57,503 nucleotides of DNA from Dehalococcoidia bacterium (lineage in GTDB: Bacteria; Chloroflexota; Dehalococcoidia; SM23-28-2; WHTN01). Location of the stretch: positions 1 to 57,503 of the forward strand of contig WHTN01000006.1 of NCBI GenBank assembly GCA_009377715.1, given 5' to 3'. The translations under genes and the position numbers were made by a program. Shown piece after piece: positions 17,743 to 27,404 of the stretch (positions are counted from its first letter, which is position 1; the number at the start of each line of letters is the position of its first letter). The notes beneath the pieces were generated by a model that worked only from the letters and a program-made list of their open reading frames with translations, searched no databases and was not told the DNA's origin.

Positions 17743-19428
17743 GTGGCAATGCAAACTGAGAACACCTACTGGCAGCGATTCTGGGGTAAGCGTGTGGGCC
17801 GGCGCAGGCTGCTGCAAGGCGCAGCTCTTGGCAGCGCTGGCTTGGCGGCCGCAGCGGTCATCGGCTGCGAGGAAGAGGAGGGTGGTTCGACTTCGTCGCC
17901 CGGGGCATCCCCGAGTGGCGGCGCCTCCGACCAACCGCGGTCGGGTGGAACGATCACCTTCGTCCAGACCAACAGCGACAGCACTCCCATGGACATCCAC
18001 AAGATCTCTTTCAATGCTTCGCACCGCCCCGGCGTTGCCTATAGCAAGTTGATGATGCACGACCTTACCAAGTACCCTAACGAGCTCAGTTTCACGGGCG
18101 ACTTGGCGGAGAGCTTCGAGATACCCGAACCAACAACTTACGTCTTCCACCTAAATAGAGGGGTCAAGTGGCAGAACATACCTCCGCTCAGTGGTCGTGA
18201 GCTCAAGGCCAGCGACATCGTTTACAGCTACGAACGCCAGAGGAGCGAGGGCGTGAACGGCGCCATCATCGGCTCCATCAATACAATTGAAGCGACCGAC
18301 GACTACACCTTACGGATTACCCTGAAGAAGGCAGACGCCGACTTCCTCTTTTCAATCGCCGACAACCGAACTCAGGTGATAGCGCCGGAGGCGGTAGAAG
18401 TGAACGGCAATCTGGATAACGGTCCGATCGTCGGCACAGGGCCATGGATCTTCGAAGAGCGAATTCCAGACCAAATCCTGAAGATGCGTAAGAACCCTGA
18501 CTATTTCCGGCCGGGGATCCCCTACGCCGACCGCTATGAAAGCCCGGTGATCCTCGACACCAACACTGCTCAGGCCGCGTTCCGCACTGGTCAGATCCAT
18601 GATGTGCCCACAAACGGGCAGATCACCGAACTGCTCCGATCTAGCGTCCGCGACCTTGAGGTACTGGACCAAAAATTGTTGATCGCCGGCGGCGGCGACA
18701 GGCTTTGGGTATCGCCACTCAACGGCCCGACGAAGGACGTCCGCGTTCGGCAGGCCCTCGGCAAGCTATTCGATCGCGACGCCATCATCCGCGACATCTA
18801 CTTCGGCAGCGGCTGGAAGAACTCAGGTATCTTCACCAACCTCAGCGACTGGCTGCTACCAGAGGCCGAGTTGAATAGGCACTACGGCTATAACCCCACG
18901 GAGGCGAAGCAGATGCTTGAAGCCGCGGGAGTGGACTTGGCGAACTGGAAGCCGCAGCTAGACGCCGGCATCGCCAGCACTCAGAACTCGCCAACCACCG
19001 AATACTACGTCGCGCAACTGAAGTCTGTTGGCATCGACGCCCGGATACAAGTTATCGACAAGGTGGAGATCACTGACCGCGTGTTCGGCCGAGGAGAGAC
19101 AGATTTCTGCATCTGCAACAACGCCCCAACCCGTGGCACCAACCCCCACCTCTACACCTTCTTCCACACGACCGGCCGCGGCGCCCTGCTCTTTAAGCAG
19201 CTTGGCGACTCGCAGTTCGACAGCCTTATCGACAAGCAGTCCACGATCCTCAATGCAGAAGAGCGCAAGGCTGCTGTTCAAGAAGTACAACGCCGTAATC
19301 TGGAACTCGCGATTGCCATTATGGTGGTCAACAACAACGGTGAGACTGCCATCTCCCCGAAGGTCGGAGGGTTCAAGAACAACCCTGAGGAGCAACTCCG
19401 CTTCGCTTACACCTGGCTAAGGGCCTAA
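17743..19428 (+). CDS. Tat-exported lipoprotein, ABC family-5 solute-binding protein (orphan, copy 1)
   Basis: YWQRFWGKRVGRRRLLQGA...VIGC leader; GDLAESFE, VGTGPW, RVRQALGKLFDR; AAGGAG upstream of GTG 17743 (ATG 17749 is an alternative start). Confidence 0.88.
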   Translation: MAMQTENTYWQRFWGKRVGRRRLLQGAALGSAGLAAAAVIGCEEEEGGSTSSPGASPSGGASDQPRSGGTITFVQTNSDSTPMDIHKISFNASHRPGVAYSKLMMHDLTKYPNELSFTGDLAESFEIPEPTTYVFHLNRGVKWQNIPPLSGRELKASDIVYSYERQRSEGVNGAIIGSINTIEATDDYTLRITLKKADADFLFSIADNRTQVIAPEAVEVNGNLDNGPIVGTGPWIFEERIPDQILKMRKNPDYFRPGIPYADRYESPVILDTNTAQAAFRTGQIHDVPTNGQITELLRSSVRDLEVLDQKLLIAGGGDRLWVSPLNGPTKDVRVRQALGKLFDRDAIIRDIYFGSGWKNSGIFTNLSDWLLPEAELNRHYGYNPTEAKQMLEAAGVDLANWKPQLDAGIASTQNSPTTEYYVAQLKSVGIDARIQVIDKVEITDRVFGRGETDFCICNNAPTRGTNPHLYTFFHTTGRGALLFKQLGDSQFDSLIDKQSTILNAEERKAAVQEVQRRNLELAIAIMVVNNNGETAISPKVGGFKNNPEEQLRFAYTWLRA

Positions 19429-19438
19429 GTAACAGAAG

Positions 19439-19470
19439 AAAAGGCCCCTCAGCAGTTGAGGGGCCTTTTT
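19439..19470. terminator. Rho-independent terminator
   Basis: AAAAGGCCCCTCAG-CAG-TTGAGGGGCCTTTTT between the SBP and RHO genes. Confidence 0.85.
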
Positions 19471-19500
19471 AATTAAGAATATTGCTAGAAAGGAGCAGCC

Positions 19501-20760
19501 ATGATCGACACAAGCAACCTCGTAAGCATGGAAACGGGCTTGATGGACAGACGCATCTACGTAGACCGCGAAATTTACGAGATGGAACTGGAACGCATCT
19601 TCGCTCGTACCTGGCTGTTCCTGGCACATGAGTCCCAGATACCGAACGCAGGTGATTTCGTTGCCGCCTACATGGGCGAAGACCCCGTACTGGTCGTTCG
19701 AGACTCGCGCGGCAACATCAACGCCTTCCTCAATACCTGTCGTCATCGCGGCATGCGCGTCTGCCGGGCAGATGCTGGCAACGCGGCGGCTTTCACCTGT
19801 ACGTACCACGGTTGGACGTATGGCAACGAGGGCAAGCTCGTGGGCGTGCCGGGCTACAAAGAGTACTACTACGAAGAGTTGGACATAGAGCAATGGGGCT
19901 TGGTGCCTGTGGCGCAAGTTGACTCCTATAAAGGACTGATCTTCGGCAACTTCGATGCCGATGCACCATCCCTAACTGAGTATCTCGGCGATATGAAGTT
20001 CTACCTCGATACGATGCTCGACCGCGTCGAAGGGGGAACAGAGATGATCGGCGGAATCCACAAGTGGGTCATGCCCTCTAACTGGAAATTCGCTGCGGAC
20101 AACTTCCAGGGCGATAACTACCACTTCCCCATCACCCATATCTCAGGTGTAAAGGCGGGCTTCGGCGGCACGACACCGAGGTCTTTGCTGGTCCGCACGA
20201 TCACCTCTTACGCCGGCCAAGGGCACGGCCTCGGCGTCTTTACCGAACGGCCGGAGTGGACGGATGCGCCGCTGGCGGAGTATATGGACGCTATCTGGCC
20301 GGAGATGGAGCAGCGCCTTGGCGAACAGCGCGCCAAGCACGTCTGGCCTGTAAACGGGACGGTATTCCCCAACATGTCATTCCTCGGTCTCGACCCAATG
20401 CGGACGATCCGCGTGTGGCACCCACGCGGCCCTGACAAGATCGAAATATGGTCATGGGTGTATGTCGATAAGAAGATGTCCGCAGAGGTCAAGGATATCA
20501 GCAGACTCAACACTCTTTGGGGACAGGCCGGCCCAGGCTCCACTTTCGAGGCAGACGACGGCGAAAACTGGGAGCAGTGCACGACGAGCAGCAAAGGCCG
20601 GGTCGCACGGCACTACCGCTTCAACTACTCGCTAGGCCTCGACCGTCACCGTACGGACGAGGAATTCCCCGGCAAAGTCGGCAATGCTGCGAATGAAATC
20701 AACCAGCGCGGCTTCTATGAGTACTGGCAGCACCTAATGGGCGGCGGAGACTTAGTTTAA
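19501..20760 (+). CDS. Rieske ring-hydroxylating oxygenase alpha subunit (copy 2)
   Basis: CRHRG...CTYHGW, DNYHFPITH, EADDGENW. Confidence 0.95.
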   Translation: MIDTSNLVSMETGLMDRRIYVDREIYEMELERIFARTWLFLAHESQIPNAGDFVAAYMGEDPVLVVRDSRGNINAFLNTCRHRGMRVCRADAGNAAAFTCTYHGWTYGNEGKLVGVPGYKEYYYEELDIEQWGLVPVAQVDSYKGLIFGNFDADAPSLTEYLGDMKFYLDTMLDRVEGGTEMIGGIHKWVMPSNWKFAADNFQGDNYHFPITHISGVKAGFGGTTPRSLLVRTITSYAGQGHGLGVFTERPEWTDAPLAEYMDAIWPEMEQRLGEQRAKHVWPVNGTVFPNMSFLGLDPMRTIRVWHPRGPDKIEIWSWVYVDKKMSAEVKDISRLNTLWGQAGPGSTFEADDGENWEQCTTSSKGRVARHYRFNYSLGLDRHRTDEEFPGKVGNAANEINQRGFYEYWQHLMGGGDLV

Positions 20761-20767
20761 CTCTAGT

Positions 20768-21637
20768 CTAATTTGCGCCGCGAACTTCGACATAGCCGTC
20801 CACAATGCGAGTTTCGAGGCGCGGCTGCGGAAATGTAGCTGGGCCATTGAGCACGCGGCCGTCATCCAGAGCGAAGCGCGAGGCATGCCAGGGACAGATG
20901 ATGCTCTCGTCAACCAGTTTGCCTTCCGGTAACGGGCCACCGAGATGCGAACATATCCCGACGAGCGCGTAGATGCTGCTCCCTTGCCGTACGAGCAGGA
21001 CCGGAACGCCTTGGACGTCTACACCGCGCGGTGCGCGCTCCTGTAGTTCCGATTCGCGCAATATACGTACGAAATCGGTCGGCAGATGTATGCCATCCAC
21101 ACGGCTGACGCCTATGCGCTGGCCATAAACCATATGCCCGCCAAGATACGCCGAAAGCAACGCGATATTGAAGCCCACAAACCCCATAGCAAAACCGAGC
21201 GGCCTGGCGTGCCGGCTGCGTAGTATCATCGACGTGGCATAACTCGACATTGCGGCGCTGTTTAGGAGCGCATGAGCAACGCCGGTGCGGCGCGCCCCGC
21301 CGCTGGTGTGCTGCCAGTCTGTTAGTCCGCTGAGCGCGGCGCCCATGCCGGCTATAAGCCCTAGGCCAATTGCTGCATCAGCAGCCCCGCGGCTCTTCTG
21401 GTCCTTGCCGAAAATCTCCAGCAAGTCCAATACGTAAGCCATAGTCCAGGCGCCTATCGCAACATCCGTAAAAACGGGATGAAGCGGGTGCCCTGACCAG
21501 GTGCCGTGCAGAAAGTTCTTAACTTTTTGCCCGGCGCCTCCACTCGCCCGGTATACGCCTTCGACCGACCGCTGGAGCCTATCGCCAACTCTATCCAGCC
21601 AGTCCTGCTGATCCAACTTGTCAAAAAGCTGTTGCAT
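20768..21637 (-). CDS. DUF2231-like membrane domain fused to a C-terminal Rieske [2Fe-2S] ferredoxin domain
   Basis: LHGTWSGHPLHPVFTDVAIGAW, GLTDW, AYLGGHMVY in a hydrophobic N-terminal half; CSHLGGPL...CPWHASRF...GPA in the C-terminal half. Confidence 0.88.
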   Translation of the reverse strand: MQQLFDKLDQQDWLDRVGDRLQRSVEGVYRASGGAGQKVKNFLHGTWSGHPLHPVFTDVAIGAWTMAYVLDLLEIFGKDQKSRGAADAAIGLGLIAGMGAALSGLTDWQHTSGGARRTGVAHALLNSAAMSSYATSMILRSRHARPLGFAMGFVGFNIALLSAYLGGHMVYGQRIGVSRVDGIHLPTDFVRILRESELQERAPRGVDVQGVPVLLVRQGSSIYALVGICSHLGGPLPEGKLVDESIICPWHASRFALDDGRVLNGPATFPQPRLETRIVDGYVEVRGAN

Positions 21638-21642
21638 TATAT

Positions 21643-21888
21643 TTAGCGGTGGATTTCGACGATGTGAACTTCCATCAACTCGTTAGTTACAAAGCCCTCC
21701 CCACACTGAGCGCATACGAAATTCGTTCCGCCCGGTGTGGTCGCTCCTTCTGACTCGCGTACGAAATTCGTCCCCCCAGGCGTTGTTCTACTCTGCCCTT
21801 CGTGCCCACGGGCATAGTGCTCTTCCAGATGCTGGCGGTCTCGAAAGGCCGTCCCGCAATGCTCGCAACGGTACGTATCTGTCGTCAT
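21643..21888 (-). CDS. Small protein with two C2H2-type zinc fingers
   Basis: YRCEHCGTAFRDRQHLEEHYARGH and FVCAQCGEGFVTNELMEVHIVEIH; GGAGGA ribosome-binding site before ATG 21888. Confidence 0.75.
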   Translation of the reverse strand: MTTDTYRCEHCGTAFRDRQHLEEHYARGHEGQSRTTPGGTNFVRESEGATTPGGTNFVCAQCGEGFVTNELMEVHIVEIHR

Positions 21889-22011
21889 AACATCCTCCAA
21901 CTTGCTCAGATGAGCCGTATACATCCATCCTAGCGAATGATAATAACGAGGGGATAAATATAAGCTTGCTGAAAGTATCAGAACCGTAACACGAAATTTT
22001 ATGGATAGACG

Positions 22012-23278
22012 TTATTCGACGGCTAAAGCCGCCTCGCGTTGCGTCGGGGAGTCGTGTTCTTGCACAAAGGCCCAGAAGACCGCTGCCGAAGTCACGGAAG
22101 CGACCGCTGCTGCGGGGCCTAGCAGAGTATAGCTGTCGCTGGCGTTGATGATCAGGCTGCCAATCAGCGAGCCCGTCACCACGCCGAAATTCATCGTCGC
22201 GTTGGTCAGCGCCATTATCGTCCCCCGCGCCCGCGGCGCCATCTCGGAAAGCATCGCCTGGGCATTCGTGTAGTGGTTGCCGTTAGCGATGGAGGCAAAG
22301 ATGAGAAAGAGAAACGCCAGCACCGACGTCTTCACCGCCACGGTCAAAAGCGCTTTGAAAAGCGCATCGACCAATCGACCGCCCACTATAAGCGTTCGCC
22401 TACCGTTACGGTCACCTAGCTGACCGCCGATGTTGCTGCCGATGACGTACGAAACGTTGATCACGACGACCGGGGATACCCGCTAACGACAATGGCAGCC
22501 CGTGGACATCGGTGAAGTAAGCCGCCAGGAAGGTGAAAATGATGCCCCAATGGATATCGTTGAGGTAGTTGGCTAGCAAAGCCATCCTTGTCCGGCGCTC
22601 ATGCAAAACGATTTCGATGGCTTGTCTGAAACCTATCTTCTCTGCGTTTGGGTCATCGGAACGTGTGGAGGAGGAAGCCATTAGCCAGAGGAACGCAGCC
22701 GCGATTACGCTTATCGCCGCGATGAAGACGAAGTTCAGCCGCCATGAGACCGTATCGGCGAGAACGGCGCTTGCAGGAAGCGCCAGCAAGTTGGCGGCCG
22801 TGTTCACGCTGAACACCCAAGCCATCGCCCGGCCACGTTCGTTATAGGGAAAGTAATCGCCGATAGCAGCCAGAACGGCGGCCATCAGTGCCGCCGAACC
22901 GACGCCAGCGAAGGCGCGGGTGGCAACGAGAACCCAGAAGTTTGGGGCGACGGCCGAAAGGACGCTCGAGACAGCGAAGATAACCAGGCCAGCGAGGATT
23001 ATGGGCTGGCGCCCTATGCGGTCGATGGTCGGCCCGACAGCGATAGAGCCGACGCCGGCCACCAGCGAAAACGCCACCGTCAGGAGGCCACCTACTGCTA
23101 TGCCGACGCCGAAGTCGTCGACGACCTCCGGCAGAATAGGGACGAGGATGAAGATATTAAAAGTGGATGCGAAGGAAGCGACACACAGCAGGGCCAGGAC
23201 GAACCTGCGATTGCCGCCTCCCTGCTGACCAGCTCGCATCTTGCTCACGAACGGAAGGCGGGCTAGGGCGGAAAGCAT
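22012..23278 (-). CDS. MFS transporter (frameshift near 22470)
   Basis: Motif A GPTIDRIGRQ in 22412-23278 and the second-half GGQLGDRNGRR in 22012-22464. Confidence 0.85.
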
Positions 23279-23359
23279 GCTAAGATTCTAGCGTTTTGCT
23301 ACCGCTTTATCTATGGCTTTGGGCGGGTTAACTTGAAGGGACTTCAGTCATCTCGGTTG

Positions 23360-23568
23360 CCGCTCGACAATTACATCCTGAGCTTGCCGAAGGGCTCGGG
23401 GTGAGCGGACTTAGTATCATCTGCGAGGTCATCGAAATGACCGAAGCAGTCTCTCGATAAGCCTAGAGTTCAGCCAAGCAATTGAGGTGTAATGGAACGG
23501 GCAGAGATTGCTTCTCCGCCGGCGGCCGCAATGACGAGGCGATGCCCCTCGACAAGCTCCATGAGCGG
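23360..23568. repeat. Degenerate composite REP-like element
   Basis: CTGAGCTTGCCGAAGGG, GCTCGGGGTGAGCGG, GAGATTGCTTC...CGCAATGAC and CCCCTCGACAAGCTC units. Confidence 0.7.
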
Positions 23569-23612
23569 TTCCCCGGGTTTTGCTGGCGTCTTGAACTCCC
23601 GAACGGGCTGCT

Positions 23613-24617
23613 CTAAAACTCTTCGTCCAGCTTCACTTTGCCCTCGACGGCGACCTGGTACGCGGCGACACGCCGCTCGAAGAAGTTGGATAGCTCCTGA
23701 ACGTCCTGAAGCTCCATAAAGTCGAACGGATTGCGCACCCCGTAGCGCGGCGCCATGCCCATGTTGAGGAAACGCTGGTCAGCGACGTACTCCAGGTACT
23801 GGCGCATATCGGCAAGAGTAAGACCGGCTACGCCCTCCTCCAGAAGGTCTCCGGCGAACTGTGTCTCCGTTTCGATCGCTTCCGCGAACATATCGGCCAC
23901 CTGCTGTTCGAATTCAGCGTCGAAGAGGTCTGGCTCCTCGGTCCGGATAGTCCGTACCGCCTCGAACGCGAAGGTCATATGCATGCTCTCGTCGCGGAAG
24001 ACCCAGTTCGTACCCGATGCTAGCGCGTTGAGCAAGCCGCGCGAGCGCAGGTAATAAACGTAGGCAAAGGCGGCGTAGAAAAACAACCCTTCGATGCAAC
24101 CAGCATAGCAGATGAGGTTGAGCAAAAAGCGACGCCGATCTTCCTTCGTCTGCAGGGTATCGAGGTCGAAGACGGAGTCCAGCCACTTAAAGGCGAAGTC
24201 GCCTTTAGCTTTGATCGTCGGAATGTTTTGGATGGCGGCGAAGGCTTGGTGTCGCTCTTCGACGTCCGGGATGTAGGTATCGAGCAGCGTCAGGTAAAAC
24301 TGAATGTGCACGGCTTCTTCGTAGAGCTGCCGCGAGAGGTACAGCCGCGCCTCCGGCGAATTCAGATGTTTGTACAGGTTCAGGACCAGGTTGTTCGCCA
24401 CGATGGAATCGCCGGTAGCGAAAAAAGCTACCAGGCGGTTGATGAGATGGCGCTCGGCTGGCGTCATCCTGTAAGTCAGATCTGAAATATCGTTCGCCAG
24501 GTCAACTTCGTCTACCGTCCAGGTATTCTTTATCGCCTGGCCAAACATCTCGTAGAAAGCCGGGTACTTCATCGGCCGCAGGGTAAGCTCAAGGCCGGGA
24601 TTTAGTAACATTCTCAT
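23613..24617 (-). CDS. nrdB: Ribonucleotide reductase class Ia beta subunit
   Basis: FFATGDSIV (Asp ligand), EEAVHIQFY (radical Tyr), IEGLFFY, RDESMH, NFFERRVAAY. Confidence 0.95.
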   Translation of the reverse strand: MRMLLNPGLELTLRPMKYPAFYEMFGQAIKNTWTVDEVDLANDISDLTYRMTPAERHLINRLVAFFATGDSIVANNLVLNLYKHLNSPEARLYLSRQLYEEAVHIQFYLTLLDTYIPDVEERHQAFAAIQNIPTIKAKGDFAFKWLDSVFDLDTLQTKEDRRRFLLNLICYAGCIEGLFFYAAFAYVYYLRSRGLLNALASGTNWVFRDESMHMTFAFEAVRTIRTEEPDLFDAEFEQQVADMFAEAIETETQFAGDLLEEGVAGLTLADMRQYLEYVADQRFLNMGMAPRYGVRNPFDFMELQDVQELSNFFERRVAAYQVAVEGKVKLDEEF

Positions 24618-24648
24618 TCCTCCTGAATAGCCACTCTTCTTCTTCCCC

Positions 24649-27036
24649 TTACTGACACGCCTCGCAGTCTTCCGGGTTCTCCAACGAACAAGCGATAGCG
24701 TTCGCCTCGTCCGCCGCGGCCTCTTGCTTCGCGGCGTCGCGCACGGTCGTCTTGCGAATGGCCGTCGCCGGACGCGAGCGCAGGTAATATGTGGTCTTCA
24801 GGCCGCTCTTCCAGGCGTACATATACATCGACGATAACTTCCCGATATTCGGCGTAGCCATAAACAAGTTCAACGACTGGCTCTGGTCGATGAACGGACC
24901 GCGACCGACCGCCATATCGATGAGCGAACGCATGGAAAGCTCCCAAGTCGTGCGGTACAGATGACGGAGCGAGTCCGGGACCGCGTTAACGTCCTGGACC
25001 GAGCCATCGGCGGCCTTGATCTCTTCCCGGACCGACTCGTTCCAGAGGCCGATAGCCTTGAGGTCTTCTACGAGATACCTGTTAACCTGCAGGAACTCGC
25101 CGGAAAGTGTCTCGCGCTTGAACAAGTTCGAGACCTGCGGCTCGATCGACTCATAGCAGCCGCAGATCGAGGCAATAGTCGCCGTCGGCGCGATGGCGAT
25201 CAGCAACGAATTGCGCAGGCCATACTTCTTAACGTCCACGCGGAGTGCATCCCAGCGCTCCTTCTCACGCGGCCCGATGTTCCAGAGATCGGGCTGAAGG
25301 ACGTTCGCAGCAGCCTTCGTCTCGGCGAACGACCGATGTGGGCCACTCTCCTTCGCCAGCTCGCAAGAAGTTGCGACGGCGTAGTAATAAATCTCCTCTT
25401 GGATACGACTCGAAAGCTCCAGCGCTTCGGGCGAGCCGAACGGCAGGCGCAGTTTGAAGAAGGCATCTTGCAGACCCATGACGCCGAGGCCGATCGGCCG
25501 CCAGCGAGCATTCGAACTCTCGGCGCTTCCAGTGGGGTAGTAGTTGAGGTCGATAACCCTATCCAGATAGCGCACCGCCATCCGCACGATCTCGCCGAGG
25601 CGGTCGAAGTTGAACTCTCCGGCCTGCACGAGCCGCCCAAGGTTAATCGAGCCGAGATTGCAAACGGCCGTTTCGCCTTCCGAAGTTACCTCCAGGATCT
25701 CTGTGCAAAGGTTAGAGGAGTGGATAACGTTGCCCTCGGCACCGGTTTGATTCGCCTTCGTGTTGCAGGCGTCCTTGAAGCAGAGCCAGCCGTTGCCCGT
25801 CTCCGCGAGCGTCCGCATCATACGAGCGTAAAGCTGTCGCGCCGACAACTGCTTGGCATAGAGTTCTCGCTCTTCGGCCTCAACATATGCCCTCTCGAAG
25901 GCTTCGCCGTAGAGGTCTACCAGGTGCGGCACGGCCTTGGGGTCGAACAGCGACCAGGTTCCATCTTCTTCGACGCGCCGCATGAACAGATCGGAGACCC
26001 ACAGCGCTATATTCAGGTTGTACGTACGACGAGAACTATCGCCGGTGTTATCGCGCAGCTCAAGGAACTCCTCGATGTCGGCGTGCCAGTTCTCTAAGTA
26101 GACGCAGCAAGCGCCCTTGCGCCGTCCACCCTGGTTCACGGCGGCCACCGATGAATCGAGCGTCTTGAGCCAGGGCACGATGCCATTGGAGATGCCATTA
26201 GTGCCCTTGATCAGCGAACCGCGCGAACGGACGCGGTGGTACGGGATGCCGATACCGCCGGAGAACTTGGAGAGCTTGGCGATGTCGGCGTAACGGTCGT
26301 AGATACCCTCCAGGCTGTCCTCTGGGGAGTCGAGCAGATAGCATGACGACAATTGCGGATAGCGGGTGCCGGAGTTGAAAAGGGTCGGCGAACTGGGCAT
26401 ATAGTCGAGGCTGGAAATAAGATCGTAGAACTCTATCGCCTCCGCTGGGCTGCTCGAAAGACCACAGGCGACACGCAGGAAGAAGTACTGAGGCGTCTCG
26501 ATGGCTTTGCGCGTCTCGGGGTGGTGCAACAGATAGCGGTCGTATAGGGTGCGCAAGCCGAAGTACTCGAAGAGATCGTTGCGCGAGGCAAGCATAGCAT
26601 CATCGAATTTGCGACTGTTGTCGGCGACAAGCTTGGCCGTCTGCTCTGCAATCAGGCCAAGGTCATAACCGGTCCTGATCGATTGCGAGAATGACTGGAT
26701 GTCCTGGTTGCGTACCTCTTTATCGATGTAGACCGAGAACAGCCGGGCGGCCAGACGCGAGTACTGCGGCTCTTCGAAGATGAGAGACGACGCAACGTTG
26801 ATCGAGAGGCGGTCGAGTTCAGCGGTAGTCACGCCATCGTAGAGGCCGCTGATGGTCTTAGTCGCCACGCGCAGCGAGTCGACTTCATCCAAGCCGTGGC
26901 AGCTACGGGCTACGGCCCGCACGATCTTGTTGACGTCCGCCGGCTCATAGCTGCCGTTGCGCTTGCGCACACGCATGCCGGTAGCGACGCTCGATTCTGA
27001 GGCCAGTAGCGATTTCACTGAGACTTCGGTAGCCAT
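24649..27036 (-). CDS. nrdA: Ribonucleotide reductase class Ia alpha subunit with N-terminal ATP cone
   Basis: VRKRNG ATP cone, SSPTLFNSG, SSCYL, SSNLCTEI, VCNLGS, APTAT, KTTYYLR, C-terminal CEAC. Confidence 0.96.
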   Translation of the reverse strand: MATEVSVKSLLASESSVATGMRVRKRNGSYEPADVNKIVRAVARSCHGLDEVDSLRVATKTISGLYDGVTTAELDRLSINVASSLIFEEPQYSRLAARLFSVYIDKEVRNQDIQSFSQSIRTGYDLGLIAEQTAKLVADNSRKFDDAMLASRNDLFEYFGLRTLYDRYLLHHPETRKAIETPQYFFLRVACGLSSSPAEAIEFYDLISSLDYMPSSPTLFNSGTRYPQLSSCYLLDSPEDSLEGIYDRYADIAKLSKFSGGIGIPYHRVRSRGSLIKGTNGISNGIVPWLKTLDSSVAAVNQGGRRKGACCVYLENWHADIEEFLELRDNTGDSSRRTYNLNIALWVSDLFMRRVEEDGTWSLFDPKAVPHLVDLYGEAFERAYVEAEERELYAKQLSARQLYARMMRTLAETGNGWLCFKDACNTKANQTGAEGNVIHSSNLCTEILEVTSEGETAVCNLGSINLGRLVQAGEFNFDRLGEIVRMAVRYLDRVIDLNYYPTGSAESSNARWRPIGLGVMGLQDAFFKLRLPFGSPEALELSSRIQEEIYYYAVATSCELAKESGPHRSFAETKAAANVLQPDLWNIGPREKERWDALRVDVKKYGLRNSLLIAIAPTATIASICGCYESIEPQVSNLFKRETLSGEFLQVNRYLVEDLKAIGLWNESVREEIKAADGSVQDVNAVPDSLRHLYRTTWELSMRSLIDMAVGRGPFIDQSQSLNLFMATPNIGKLSSMYMYAWKSGLKTTYYLRSRPATAIRKTTVRDAAKQEAAADEANAIACSLENPEDCEACQ

Positions 27037-27100
27037 ACGACCCTCCCTACACGATTTTGACGCAGCGAAAGTGTCAGAGCAGAGGGTCTAACGTCACCCA

Positions 27101-27134
27101 TTAAGAAAGCCCTCGACCTTTTCGGTTGAGGGCT
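27101..27134 (-). terminator. Attenuator terminator in the nrdAB leader (probable riboswitch expression platform)
   Basis: Minus strand AGCCCTCAACC-GAAAA-GGTCGAGGGCT followed by TTCTT, located between the riboswitch and nrdA. Confidence 0.75.
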
Positions 27135-27222
27135 GCTAGCTAAAGTCTTCGGATGTTATACGTATGTATAACACAGCGAAGCTATTCCAGCATGCTCTCA
27201 AGAGCGAAGAGCGGTCGGCTGG

Positions 27223-27404
27223 GCCTTCCTGGCAGGTCTCCTGACTCCCGGGTCACCGTCCTCCCGCTTAGCCTTCCCATCCCGAAGAACAGTGGCTTGT
27301 GCAGCGGGCGACTCGCCGGTTACAGTGGCGCCTCCGCAGCGGACTTTCACCGCTTTCCCTCTATCGCCTACACAATATATAGTGCATGCGATACCAGTAG
27401 GCAC
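27223..27404 (-). ncRNA. Cobalamin (B12) riboswitch
   Basis: Minus strand: GGT...AGGGAAAGCGGTGAAAGTCCGCTGCGGAGGCGCCACTGTAA...GCCACTG...GGGAAGG...GAGTCAGGAGACCTGCC (B12 box), upstream of B12-independent nrdAB. Confidence 0.93.

Noticed and set aside
23613-24617. Unusual RNR subclass (Ic or metal-free Ie)
   Set aside because: The first ligand is Asp, the radical Tyr is present (HIQFY) and the Glu/His ligands are intact, consistent with ordinary class Ia.
24961-26097. Long antisense ORFs (e.g. 378 aa opposite nrdA; 266 aa opposite RHO copy 1)
   Set aside because: Expected shadow ORFs of GC-rich coding sequence, with no recognisable motifs.
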